DNA of 64,000 nucleotides. Source: Bacillota bacterium (GTDB lineage Bacteria; Bacillota; Clostridia; Lachnospirales; Lachnospiraceae). Under the pieces are notes generated by a model, which saw nothing but the letters and a program-made list of their open reading frames with translations, was not told the DNA's origin and searched no databases. The DNA lies in assembly GCA_023415475.1 (NCBI GenBank), contig JAEZKL010000130.1, forward strand, positions 27,529 through 91,528, in the 5' to 3' direction. Shown one piece after another: positions 1 through 9,339 of the stretch (its first letter is position 1; the number at the start of each line of letters is the position of its first letter). The position numbers and the translations under genes were made by a program.

Positions 1-1331
1 TGATAAACCTTTTTATATACCGTATCCTGAGTAAATAGGAAGCATCCGAGAGCAGTACGAGCTTCAGACAAAGGTATATCAGGGAATTCTTCGCAAAAAT
101 CCTCTAGTACAGTCCTGTCGTTATCAATCTGGGCCAGCTGTTGGTCAAAATAACCCGGATCGATTTGAAATCCATAGGATAATGCTCCTTCCAGCTGATC
201 AACCTGTCTCACCAGTGTTTTTAGAAGCGTCGATTTTCCGATTCCGTTCTCACCGATCACGGCAAGTCTCTGCCCCTTCTTTAACTCAAAACTTACTTCA
301 CATAGCGGCTTGTCATAGCCGATAACAAGTCTGTTTACCTTAAGAACCTCCTGTCCTCCCACCCTTAGCGGCTTAAATTCTGCATGGAAGGACTTAAGAT
401 CGTATTTTTCCGGAGCAGGGGTAAGATCCATGTGTTCAATCTGCTTCAGTTTGGATTTGGTCATTGCTACCTTGGTTGGATGATGTTTGTATTTCTCGAT
501 TAATGTCATAAGCCTTGCAATTTCCTTCTGCTGCAATTGATAATCCTTCTGCTGCTTATCCCAATTTGACCGCTTTTGTTTTACAAAGGCCGAATAATTC
601 CCCTGATATCGTGTCATCTTCCTATGTTCAATTTCATAGGTAACGTCTGCTATCTTATCCAAGAACATTCTGTCATGGGAAATGATAACCACCGCTTTGG
701 GATACTGCTGTAAATATCGTTCAAGCCATTCAATCGCGGGCATATCCAGATGATTGGTGGGCTCATCCAGCAGAAGAATATCGGGCTTACTTAAGAGTAG
801 CTGAATGAACGCCAGCTTCGTTCTCTGCCCACCGGAAAAATTTTGTATGGGACGCTTCAGATCCGTCAGAGTAAATCCAAATTTGGTAATTACGGTTTCC
901 ATTTCAGATTGATAGGTATAACCTCCTGAGCCTTCAAAAAGCTCCAGTGTTTTTGAATAACTCTCCAACACTTCCTTGGATTGGTCAGTTTCCATCTGAA
1001 TACAAAGCCGTTCCAGTTTAACCTTCCACTCAAGCACAGTTGCAAACGCCTTCAGAAGCTCTTCCTCCGCTGTTAAATTTTCATTCTCAAAGCTGATCTG
1101 CTGTAAGAATCCAATGGTCGTATTACCCGCCTTGCTGATCCAGCTGTTTTCATCACTGTCCGGATTATCCAGCGGAAGCATCCCGGCAATCAGCTTAAAC
1201 AAAGTAGTCTTGCCACAGCCGTTTCTACCAACGACTGCAATTTTCTCTGTATTTTTTATTTCAAAATTGATATGATCAAGTATGGTATCGGCTGCATATT
1301 TCACAAGCCCGTTATTGATTTGATAAATCAT
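1..1331 (-). CDS. ABC-F family ATPase (two-NBD translation-factor type), truncated at its 3' end by the window edge
   Basis: Not in the ORF track. The reverse complement from ATG at 1331 reads MIYQINNGLVKYAADTILDHINFEIKNTEKIAVVGRNGCGKTTL (Walker A). It continues through LSGGQRTKLAFIQLLLSKPDILLLDEPTNHLD, a charged helical linker of about 55 aa, and a second Walker A (GENGIGKST) near nt 240-270. An RBS (AAAGGAAAGG) lies upstream. Confidence 0.85.
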   Translation of the reverse strand, partial: MIYQINNGLVKYAADTILDHINFEIKNTEKIAVVGRNGCGKTTLFKLIAGMLPLDNPDSDENSWISKAGNTTIGFLQQISFENENLTAEEELLKAFATVLEWKVKLERLCIQMETDQSKEVLESYSKTLELFEGSGGYTYQSEMETVITKFGFTLTDLKRPIQNFSGGQRTKLAFIQLLLSKPDILLLDEPTNHLDMPAIEWLERYLQQYPKAVVIISHDRMFLDKIADVTYEIEHRKMTRYQGNYSAFVKQKRSNWDKQQKDYQLQQKEIARLMTLIEKYKHHPTKVAMTKSKLKQIEHMDLTPAPEKYDLKSFHAEFKPLRVGGQEVLKVNRLVIGYDKPLCEVSFELKKGQRLAVIGENGIGKSTLLKTLVRQVDQLEGALSYGFQIDPGYFDQQLAQIDNDRTVLEDFCEEFPDIPLSEARTALGCFLFTQDTVYKKVY

Positions 1332-1437
1332 AGATATCGCCTTTCCTTTCTCTTAAGTCTCCTGGTAGGTAAATCTCTGTTCTGCCATGGAGACATATAA
1401 TTCGTAAATGGGTTTTCTAAATCGACTATAATTTCGC

Positions 1438-1487
1438 AAAAAAACTGTCGGATCAGGTTAATGGCTACAAACCTATCCGACAGTTTT
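1438..1487 (-). terminator. Hairpin plus U7 in the 5' leader of the ABC-F gene (candidate attenuator, or terminator of a decayed upstream gene)
   Basis: The minus strand reads AAAACUGUCGGAU, a 21-nt loop, AUCCGACAGUUUUUUU, about 105 nt upstream of the ABC-F ATG. Confidence 0.45.
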
Positions 1488-2059
1488 ATGGGTTCATAAG
1501 ATTAATTAGAAAAATCGTCAGTTCACTAACGCTTTTTCCTCAAACAAAAAACTGCAGACAGGCTTTGCTGTTGCAGTCACATATCAATGGATCAATCCTG
1601 ATCACTACTTCTTAAACTAGGATGCCAAAATGAGGTACTCAAAACAATCCTCACAAAAAATATCATGAGAATTATTAAAGCATGTTTGGCATCAACTATT
1701 TAAGAACTGAAACCTCCGAGCAAAGCATAGCCGACTTTTTTAATTGTGGTCTTCGCGCGGAGATAAGTTTCACTGCTATAATCTTAGTGGTAGGTTTCAT
1801 AGAATTGTTCCTTTCTATCTCTTATTATTCATTATATCAGAATAAAGTACGTATTCATGATGGTCATGATTTCGTAATTGTAAGCAAGCTTGCTATGCGA
1901 GTGTCTTTCTCGCATTATGCTCACTACGCTTTTATTATATCATATATTCCAATATATGCAAGTTACTAAACAGTATCGACTAAGTCGATTAAGTCAATTT
2001 AAAATATCATCATTCTATACACAATTATATCCGATGGCAATTCGTTTGAAATTTACATG

Positions 2060-2440
2060 ATAGTCAATTGGTTTCCATCCGGATCATGAATGATCAGGTT
2101 TGTATCGGAGAGGACAATGGATTAAAGGAATCCGCCTCCAATGCATGTCCAAATCCTCCATCCTCATTCTGATACTCCAAAAGTGCCGATAACACATCCT
2201 CCCGGCTTCCATTTCAGTGTCCTGATATTTTTCTTTCAGTTGTTTTGTCAGAAGCTTATCCGAGATTTTTATGAAATCGTCAAACTTACTATCTATACTC
2301 AAAATTTTCTTTATCTCATTCACATAATAACTAAAATAAGGCTCAGCCTCGGAGAATACATTACGTGTGTTTTGCAGTGTTTCTCCGGTATTGCAATATC
2401 ACACAGGATGAAAGCACATGAAACCTAGCATGCTCACCCT
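2060..2440 (-). pseudogene. Decayed gene remnants: an N-terminal fragment of a protein with a [12 protein letters not shown] motif, joined to a VOC/glyoxalase-like C-terminal end
   Basis: The reading frame is broken. One frame gives ...EAEPYFSYYVNEIKKILSIDSKFDDF...KEKYQDTE. The next gives [35 protein letters not shown] then a stop. A third gives HDPDGNQLTIM then a stop, a typical VOC C-terminus. No intact start codon is present. Confidence 0.35.
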
Positions 2441-2465
2441 CCCCTTTATTCTATAATATCAATGA

Positions 2466-2687
2466 TTAATCTGATTTTTGAATTTCACGCTTAAATTCAA
2501 GAATATCACCTGGCTGGCAATCCAAAGCATCACAAATTGCCTCTAATGTCGAAAACCGGATAGCGCTGATCTTACCCGTTTTAATTTTCGAAAGATTTAC
2601 ATTAGCAATTCCAACTTTTTCAGCCAAATCGTTCAGTGACACTTTCCTATCAGCCATTACACGATCAAGTCTTAATATAATTGGCAT
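2466..2687 (-). CDS. XRE-family helix-turn-helix transcriptional regulator (YozG-like)
   Basis: 73 aa. The sequence ILRLDRVMADRKVSLNDLAEKVGIANVNLSKIKTGK...STLEAICDALDCQPGDILEF is the typical short HTH partner of DUF2975 genes. Confidence 0.85.
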   Translation of the reverse strand: MPIILRLDRVMADRKVSLNDLAEKVGIANVNLSKIKTGKISAIRFSTLEAICDALDCQPGDILEFKREIQKSD

Positions 2688-2699
2688 AGAGCAGTCCTC

Positions 2700-3242
2700 C
2701 TAAAGTGTTTCATCTGAGAGCCTTTGTAGCTCAGCACCATAATCAAATATAATGGCAATAAAGAAAAATATTAATGCTAGTATTACAGACACTATATTAA
2801 ATGATGACCGTATTGTAATCTCTGGTGCAAAAGAACTATAAAATCCCTTTCTTGAAATTGGTTCTACTAAGGAATATATCATTAATAAACCCCCTATTTT
2901 TTTAAGCCTTTTTGCGTTCTCTTGACTGAATGGCATAATATTTATACTGATTGATTTAAACATACGATATGCTATTAATAAAATGTAAAACACAAATACC
3001 CCTGATACAAGAATTGCCCACATTTCTGCAACTATTTCACCGGTTGTTTCCAATAGCTGTCCTGTTGATGAATAAAAGCCCAATGCATGCACTGCTTCGA
3101 AATTAGAATTTGGTGTAATATAATACCATATAAGAGAAGATAATGGTATACACATACCTACAATCAGTGAAATGTATAATACTTTTGTGCTAATAGCCAT
3201 TATTTTACTAATCTTACAAACTTTATTCTGTATATCATTCAT
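2700..3242 (-). CDS. DUF2975-like multi-pass membrane protein
   Basis: 180 aa with 4-5 hydrophobic segments, located immediately upstream of the small HTH gene (a known gene pair). Confidence 0.65.
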   Translation of the reverse strand: MNDIQNKVCKISKIMAISTKVLYISLIVGMCIPLSSLIWYYITPNSNFEAVHALGFYSSTGQLLETTGEIVAEMWAILVSGVFVFYILLIAYRMFKSISINIMPFSQENAKRLKKIGGLLMIYSLVEPISRKGFYSSFAPEITIRSSFNIVSVILALIFFFIAIIFDYGAELQRLSDETL

Positions 3243-3432
3243 ATAGCAACCCCTCTTCTTGTTTTATGATGCTATTATAGTAATATATTAAACGTTTGTC
3301 AATCATTATTTAACGTTTATCATTAAATATTATATGCAATACATTTTATCCGGACTTAATAGTAAAGAGAGGATACATTTTTCTATATCAAATGACTATC
3401 AAATGACACTTAATAGTAAAGCGAGATGCCAC

Positions 3433-3483
3433 TTTGTAAACTAAGATGCACTGTTTGTAAACGACAATTGAATATTTGTAAAC
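3433..3483 (+). promoter_or_regulatory. Three exact TTTGTAAAC direct repeats with 21-bp phasing, upstream of the L,D-transpeptidase gene
   Basis: The repeats lie at 3433-3441, 3454-3462 and 3475-3483 (9-bp repeat plus 12-bp spacer). A degenerate fourth copy (TTTGTAAG) is at 3515. Confidence 0.4.
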
Positions 3484-3701
3484 GGAACGCATCTTTAGCA
3501 ATAAAAATGTAGGTTTTGTAAGTGAAAAGCGATTTCTTTATTCTAAACGCAATTTGAATTTTACTTCTCTGCTGTATAATAGTAGGCTTTCAAAATATGA
3601 AATTAACAAAAGGTAATCTATTCAGTTATGAACAGTTTTAAAATATGAATTACAAGCATATGATTATGTGATTATCATTTATTCATAGAAGGTAAATCGG
3701 T

Positions 3702-5096
3702 ATGAAGCAGATTAGAATTATGATGCTTAGTAAACGAAAAATAAAAAGAAATCTTTTAATATCAGCAGCTTCAACCATTGGTATTTATTTACTTATCTCA
3801 TTGTATTTTTTTAGCCATTTCTTTTTTCACACTGAAGTAAATGGTATTAATGTATCACTGAAGGCTCATACCGATATATCATATATCATAATTAATTTTA
3901 TAAAAGATTATGAGCTGCAGCTAATAGAAAGAAACGGAGAAACGGAAGTAATCACAAGTCAGGATATTGAGATGCAGTATAATAAGAACAATAGAATATC
4001 ACAGGTTAATCATATGCAAAATCCATTTCTATGGATCGGTTCATTATTTAAAAATAGCAGATATTATATAAAAGACCTATACGATTATGATGAGACTTTA
4101 TTAGATAATAAAATCCACAGCTTAAAATGCATAAACGGTAAAATTACAGTACCCCAAAATGTGGATTTCAAATATTCTGATGGCTCCTACGAAATCGTCA
4201 AAGAGATATATGGAAATAAAGTTAATGTAATTCATTTCGCTAAGGTAATAAATAAATTAATATCCGAGGGAAGACCAAAATTAGACTTACATATAATGCA
4301 GTGTTATGAAGATCCAAAGTACACCATAGGCTCGGAAAAAACCTTAAGAACAAAAAATCTCTTAGATAAATATGTATCCGCAAGAATAACGTATCAATTT
4401 GGAAACATATCGGAACAATTAGATGGGACTACCATTAATCAATGGATTAGTGTCGATGAGGATCTAGAGGTTGCCATAAGTAACGAAGAAGTCTCAAAAT
4501 ATATCAAAGTATTGAGTAAAAAATATGACACAGTTGGTATCATAAGAGAATTTCAATCGACTACAGGCAAGAAAGTAGAATTAAAGGGCGGGCTTTATGG
4601 CTGGAAGATTAACCGTGATGCCGAATCAGAAGCATTATACAACCATATTAAGAAAGCTGATATAATTGAAAAAGAACCGATCTATCTGCAAAAGGCTTTT
4701 TCCAGAGAGGGTAACGAAATAGGGAATACCTATATAGAAATCAATATTACAAGGCAACATCTATGGTATTACAAGGATGGAAAGTTGATTGTCCAAGGAT
4801 CTGTAGTAACAGGGAATCCAAACAGAGGGAACGCCACTGTACTCGGAGTTTACTTCGTTAATTACAAACAAAAGGGAGCAACCTTAACAGGACCGGGATA
4901 TGAAGCGAAGGTAACCTACTGGATGCCATTTTTCGGCAACATGGGTCTTCATGACGCCTCCTGGAGATACCGTTTTGGAGGAGAAATCTATCAAAGAAAT
5001 GGAACTCACGGTTGTGTAAATGCTCCCTTATATTTAGCAAAAACTGTTTTTGAAAATATTGAAGAAGGAACCCCAGTTCTTGTATATGAGGAGTAG
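3702..5096 (+). CDS. L,D-transpeptidase family protein (YkuD domain) with an N-terminal membrane anchor
   Basis: 464 aa. The C-terminus contains YWMPFFGNMGLHDASWR...GTHGCVNAP, which is the YkuD catalytic His/Cys motif. An N-terminal TM helix is present. Confidence 0.85.
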   Translation: MKQIRIMMLSKRKIKRNLLISAASTIGIYLLISLYFFSHFFFHTEVNGINVSLKAHTDISYIIINFIKDYELQLIERNGETEVITSQDIEMQYNKNNRISQVNHMQNPFLWIGSLFKNSRYYIKDLYDYDETLLDNKIHSLKCINGKITVPQNVDFKYSDGSYEIVKEIYGNKVNVIHFAKVINKLISEGRPKLDLHIMQCYEDPKYTIGSEKTLRTKNLLDKYVSARITYQFGNISEQLDGTTINQWISVDEDLEVAISNEEVSKYIKVLSKKYDTVGIIREFQSTTGKKVELKGGLYGWKINRDAESEALYNHIKKADIIEKEPIYLQKAFSREGNEIGNTYIEINITRQHLWYYKDGKLIVQGSVVTGNPNRGNATVLGVYFVNYKQKGATLTGPGYEAKVTYWMPFFGNMGLHDASWRYRFGGEIYQRNGTHGCVNAPLYLAKTVFENIEEGTPVLVYEE

Positions 5097-5115
5097 CTTG
5101 CGCAGATGGAAGTTC

Positions 5116-5871
5116 TTACACACTGCCGTTACTCACTCGAAACCAATAAGTATAAAAGCTTTGGAAGCCCAGTGATTGATAAAGCAATATCGCCGGATGA
5201 TTTCCTTCCACTACCTGTAAATATGCTTTGCTCGCACCCTTCTTCATACCTTCCTTTAGGATACAGGTACATAATGACCGCGCCATCCCCTTTTTTCGAA
5301 AATCTTCCCTGACATGGATAGCATAAATACCGACATAGTCGCGATCAAGAATTCCAAGTCCGGTACCAACGATCACTCCCTGCCTCCAAATGGAGACACA
5401 TATAGTTTCCTTAGATATGGCATTGTACATCGTTGGAACGATTGCTCTATGTATGGCATTGGTTGTTCCCTTTAAGTCAAACAGGCCATCAATCCATTCT
5501 CTTCCGATTGTCTGACTGACAATCACTTCATCAGTCGGTGCATTAAGATTCGCCTCATCCAAATCTAAAATCATGACATCCGTGGTATGCTGTATTTCAT
5601 AATTACGGTTTTCCAGCATATAATCAAAATCCTTTGATACCAAAGGACTGATTTTGAATATCGCAGGCGTCCCCCATCGTTTATATGCAGCTTCACAATA
5701 TGGTATTTTCTCACGCCAGGAAAGAGTTGAAGTGCCAAACTGCTCAACACTGTTGGTTCTGTGTGTATAGAAGTGAGAAAAGCGCAGAATCCACCCGTCA
5801 TAAAGCTCCATTTGATGAGACGGCCAAGCATTCAGTGACAAATCTTCAATTGTTTTAATATTCATACTCAT
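5116..5871 (-). CDS. GNAT family N-acetyltransferase
   Basis: 251 aa. The sequence VREDFRKKGMARSLCTCILKEGMKKGASKAYLQVVEGNHPAILLYQSLGF matches the acetyl-CoA binding motif A region. Confidence 0.8.
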   Translation of the reverse strand: MSMNIKTIEDLSLNAWPSHQMELYDGWILRFSHFYTHRTNSVEQFGTSTLSWREKIPYCEAAYKRWGTPAIFKISPLVSKDFDYMLENRNYEIQHTTDVMILDLDEANLNAPTDEVIVSQTIGREWIDGLFDLKGTTNAIHRAIVPTMYNAISKETICVSIWRQGVIVGTGLGILDRDYVGIYAIHVREDFRKKGMARSLCTCILKEGMKKGASKAYLQVVEGNHPAILLYQSLGFQSFYTYWFRVSNGSV

Positions 5872-6044
5872 AATTATTTATTCACACGCCCACCATTATC
5901 TCTGCATGGCGGCGAATATCCTTTCTCCCTTATGATGCAGTCTCAAATCGGCAATCCACTTGGATCATTAGGAATAATATCGCAATATAATTATGAATAT
6001 TTATAACACAAACTGTAACCTATGTCAATTAGATTATCCTGATC

Positions 6045-6212
6045 TTATCTATCTTTCATTATGTCGATAATCATATGGTTGATTTCTTCAGCCAGCTCAT
6101 GGTTTATACCATGCCCTGCTCCTTCAAAGTACCTCGCATTCATATTGCAGTCCTTTAGGGCTTTCTCTCCGCCTAGCTTTTGAAAGGGGTCCTCTTTTCC
6201 CACAAGAAAAAT
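6045..6212 (-). pseudogene. C-terminal remnant of an alpha/beta hydrolase
   Basis: The minus frame reads IFLVGKEDPFQKLGGEKALKDCNMNARYFEGAGHGINHELAEEINHMIIDIMKDR then a stop. An in-frame stop lies immediately upstream, and there is no N-terminal part. Confidence 0.45.
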
Positions 6213-6329
6213 ATTTTATCGACGATTTGTCCTGTTCTGCCGTGAGAGACACCAATCGGAGATAGTAATACGAGCTTCCAGTGGCTTACAATCTGTCAAC
6301 TACCGGTTTCACTAAGAAAATTGAAGCTC

Positions 6330-6370
6330 AAAAAAATAAACTGCCCGTAAACCGGCTAGATCAGGGGCAG
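6330..6370 (-). terminator. Rho-independent terminator after the S41 peptidase gene
   Basis: The minus strand has a CUGCCCC...GGGCAG stem followed by UUUAUUUUUUU. Confidence 0.6.
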
Positions 6371-6389
6371 TATTTTTCGCCTATTATCT

Positions 6390-7685
6390 TTAATCTGCTA
6401 ATACGTAATTCAATACGACATCCTTTCCGTTCGCATAATCTTCAATGGTGGGCTGAATAGATATGTCAGGCAGAAATGTTCCGACTCCGTCATTTTTGTA
6501 GCTAAAGCTCTTCGTAAATTCAAAGTATTTAGTGCTATAGCCAATCGGAATTTGAGAATTCGGCAGCTCCATTGTTCTTACATCTCCGTAGCAATCCAGA
6601 GCACCACCGGTGGGTTCACCTACCGAAACAGCCTCAGGAGCCACCTCTTTAATTCGATATATTGCAAACATACCTGATGAGAAGGTATTGCGTCCTACCA
6701 GAGTGTATATCTTAACATCCGGATTCTCAATCACATACCTCTTAAGACGTTTCGTAAACGGGTTAAGAATCTCAGAATTCCCGCCGGAATTGCTTCTCAG
6801 ATCAATAATAATCTTATCGACTTCTTTTTCTTCTATCCTATTCATCATTTCATTGTTGAAATCAGCAAAACTCAGATCATCCATATTGGCACATGCATTG
6901 TATTCAAAATAGAGAGCTTTTTCGTCAGGTAGATATTCATAATCATAATTTTTATCATATATACCGAGAAGTACATCCTTCGTCTTAGTGTTGACATACT
7001 CTGCACTTTCTCCGTAATCCAGTGTGGATACGGTAAAGTCCCGTACCTCACCATCCTTTTGTACTGTAAATACCGTCTCCGTCTCATCTTGAAGGATACC
7101 CAGACCATACATATAGACAGGTGCTTGAAGGTAATTCGGTAGTATCGCTAATACCCAGCTCTCATTTTCATGGGATATCAGTGCTCTAAGCTGTTCAATC
7201 ACATGATCAATATCAACACCGTTTATCTTTAGGACTTGTGAAAACACCATCTCTTCCAGGTCCTTATCGGCATTTACTACATAGACCTTTCCGTCAAGGA
7301 TATAGAATTGCAGTGGGTAACTGTATCCATCCCAGTAATTTATTGAAGTATGAGCATCCCCAATCGATGCGATTATTTTATTAAGCTCTATAAAAACCTC
7401 GTTATTACTCAGCTGGTCAACCTTGTCAATCAATTGGTCAGTCATTGTGCCGAACTCTTCCTTAGTTATAATACTAAACAGATTTTTATGACGTTCAGGA
7501 AGCTCCTTCTTAAAAAATGTAATATCCTCTGTTAAAAGGCGATTCCGTTCTTCGTTGGTATTGTCATTCCTCAGTACAATCTCCCGATTGGCTGATTCAA
7601 CTATAGCGTTCACTCCGCTGCAGGAGCCCGCTGTAATAACGAGTACAAATGTGGCAGCTAGTAATATTAAAGCTTTTAACCTCAT
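6390..7685 (-). CDS. S41 family peptidase, probable lipoprotein
   Basis: 431 aa. There is a signal peptide with ITAGSC, plus IIDLRSNSGGNS and NTFSSGMFA motifs typical of S41/tail-specific-protease-like enzymes. Confidence 0.8.
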   Translation of the reverse strand: MRLKALILLAATFVLVITAGSCSGVNAIVESANREIVLRNDNTNEERNRLLTEDITFFKKELPERHKNLFSIITKEEFGTMTDQLIDKVDQLSNNEVFIELNKIIASIGDAHTSINYWDGYSYPLQFYILDGKVYVVNADKDLEEMVFSQVLKINGVDIDHVIEQLRALISHENESWVLAILPNYLQAPVYMYGLGILQDETETVFTVQKDGEVRDFTVSTLDYGESAEYVNTKTKDVLLGIYDKNYDYEYLPDEKALYFEYNACANMDDLSFADFNNEMMNRIEEKEVDKIIIDLRSNSGGNSEILNPFTKRLKRYVIENPDVKIYTLVGRNTFSSGMFAIYRIKEVAPEAVSVGEPTGGALDCYGDVRTMELPNSQIPIGYSTKYFEFTKSFSYKNDGVGTFLPDISIQPTIEDYANGKDVVLNYVLAD

Positions 7686-7720
7686 TTTATCGTCCTCCTG
7701 ATTATTTCTTATTTTTCACT

Positions 7721-8881
7721 TTACCTAGACCTTTGATGTCCGAGATAGCGCTCCTTAATCTCAAGCACATTCACCGTACTGATCAATTCGCGGATTAGCG
7801 CCTCACGTTCCTTATACCTTAGCTTCATATTTTCCGAGTTTAGATAGAGCTCATGCTTATTGGTATTAAAGCCCATAAAATTACTTTCAAACCCCGGTGC
7901 GGAGCATTTCCGACTTAGGTATTCCTTAGGGAATAAGTATGTTCCCCTCTCTGTTTTAAATTGGTCTATATAATTCAATCCATCAATAAACCACTTTGAT
8001 TTAATAGCATTTTTATAACAAGACATCATCGTCAGGTAATTCAATATTGCATTGTTGCCCAGATGACCGGGCCGTTTGTAGCTGTCATACATCGGAAGTA
8101 ACGGGTTCCAACCGCAGGCATGGTATATCCGTCTTTCCTTTACCCACAACAGTCCGTATCCTTCCGGCAGTGCTTGAAATTCTGGGGTTAGAATATATTC
8201 CATTATATCCTCAATCTTTTGCTGTATCATCGGATCCTTGTTATACTGTTGATAATAAGCCATCGCTGAAACGTCATATATTGTTGGCAACGGAATCTCA
8301 GCCCTCTTCGAGAAGGGATTCATCTCATCCTTTATTACCCCATGCTCCAACCACTGCTTGGGAGGCTTAGGGAGCTTACTTTTATCTTGAAATATATCAT
8401 AGATCCTTTCCTTTGCAGCCGTATGTAGCGCATTAATTCTATTATTCATAGTATCGATAATCTCTTGATTGACAAAACCGGTGATAAAGAAGACTCGCAT
8501 CAGCATCAAACCATAGAAAAAGCAGTAGTCATAATCCTTTGCCTGCATTTCCATAAAAAGCTTCTTTACGGGTATCAATGCTCTATCGATTTCCTCTATT
8601 CCGGAACGAAAGCCAAAATCCATTAGTACCGGGAAGAATTTATCGATACACATATCCCCATAATAATGGATCAGATGCTCCAATTCTTTTTTCTCATTAG
8701 CCTGAGTATTGAAGCCATCCAGATATCTGAGATATTTTTGAACCTCATCCATTCGTAATAAATCTGCTGAAATATTCTCAATCTCAAGGGTTGGTTTGTG
8801 CTTTGAATTATTGAACAGCAAACGCAGCCTTATCGCCGGTCCACCATTTTCATAGATCCATTCATAATGAATATTACTCAT
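7721..8881 (-). CDS. Hypothetical protein (no family recognised)
   Basis: A 386-aa ORF with RBS AAGGAGGGGG. It lies 36 nt upstream of the S41 gene and is probably co-transcribed with it. Confidence 0.6.
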   Translation of the reverse strand: MSNIHYEWIYENGGPAIRLRLLFNNSKHKPTLEIENISADLLRMDEVQKYLRYLDGFNTQANEKKELEHLIHYYGDMCIDKFFPVLMDFGFRSGIEEIDRALIPVKKLFMEMQAKDYDYCFFYGLMLMRVFFITGFVNQEIIDTMNNRINALHTAAKERIYDIFQDKSKLPKPPKQWLEHGVIKDEMNPFSKRAEIPLPTIYDVSAMAYYQQYNKDPMIQQKIEDIMEYILTPEFQALPEGYGLLWVKERRIYHACGWNPLLPMYDSYKRPGHLGNNAILNYLTMMSCYKNAIKSKWFIDGLNYIDQFKTERGTYLFPKEYLSRKCSAPGFESNFMGFNTNKHELYLNSENMKLRYKEREALIRELISTVNVLEIKERYLGHQRSR

Positions 8882-8955
8882 ACCATCCCCCTCCTTGTAG
8901 CTGCCCTATGGCTAATACTGAATATAATCACTTGTACTAAGCTATCTTTTTCCAA

Positions 8956-8984
8956 ATTATAACATTGTATTGTGAGGTTTTCAA
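8956..8984 (-). promoter_or_regulatory. Sigma-A type promoter for the 7721-8881/S41 unit
   Basis: The minus strand reads TTGAAA, a 17-nt spacer, then TGT-TATAAT (extended -10). Confidence 0.55.
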
Positions 8985-9039
8985 TCAAATTGAGTGAATT
9001 GAGTTAAATTACATCCACATTTTTGAACAAAACGTCAGC

Positions 9040-9207
9040 TTGCTGACACTTTCGAAGCTTGCTAAGCAAGCTTTACCTGACTACGGGTTGCGAAGCAACT
9101 ACATCCAATGCGCGAAGTGTGTCATCCTAAAGTGAACTACGTTCACTTAGCCCAGCGTTTGTATCGTATAGGACGTAATTTCCTATACGATACAAAAGGA
9201 GCTATCA
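9040..9207. repeat. Cluster of five consecutive short palindromic hairpins
   Basis: The hairpins are GTCAGC/GCTGAC, AAGCTTGCT/AGCAAGCTT, GTTGC/GCAAC, AAGTGAAC/GTTCACTT, and a 16-bp stem TTTGTATCGTATAGGA/TCCTATACGATACAAA. They share words with the other repeat families in this window. Confidence 0.5.
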
Positions 9208-9339
9208 CATCATTAATTATGCAATAGCCCCTTGGTACTGTATAAGTGTAGATATAAACTTAGAAATAAACTTTATATTTACACTTGTTTTTTATGCCTT
9301 TTTGATATATCTGTAGACCATATTCTTACGAATAGTTAT

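Noticed and set aside
1332-1397. A 22-codon upstream ORF (MSPWQNRDLPTRRLKRKERRYL) whose stop overlaps the ABC-F start (ATGA)
   Set aside because: There is no Shine-Dalgarno sequence before its ATG. It lies downstream of the leader hairpin, not upstream as expected for an attenuation leader peptide. I cannot support it from the sequence alone.
1682-1969. A 95-aa plus-strand ORF in the ABC-F upstream region
   Set aside because: It has no RBS, low-complexity aromatic-rich composition and no recognisable motif. It lies in AT-rich non-coding or decayed DNA.
5106-5312. A 68-aa plus-strand ORF and the 5571-5831 minus-strand ORF overlapping the GNAT gene
   Set aside because: These are shadow or alternative-frame ORFs inside a well-supported CDS.
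8047-8370. A 107-aa antisense ORF within the 7721-8881 gene
   Set aside because: It is an antisense shadow ORF with Ser/Pro-rich composition and no RBS.
9040-9207. The hairpin arrays here and at 43.6, 52.9, 54.4 and 59.1 kb, considered as CRISPR arrays
   Set aside because: There is no regular repeat-spacer periodicity, the units are palindromes of different sequence, and there are no cas genes.
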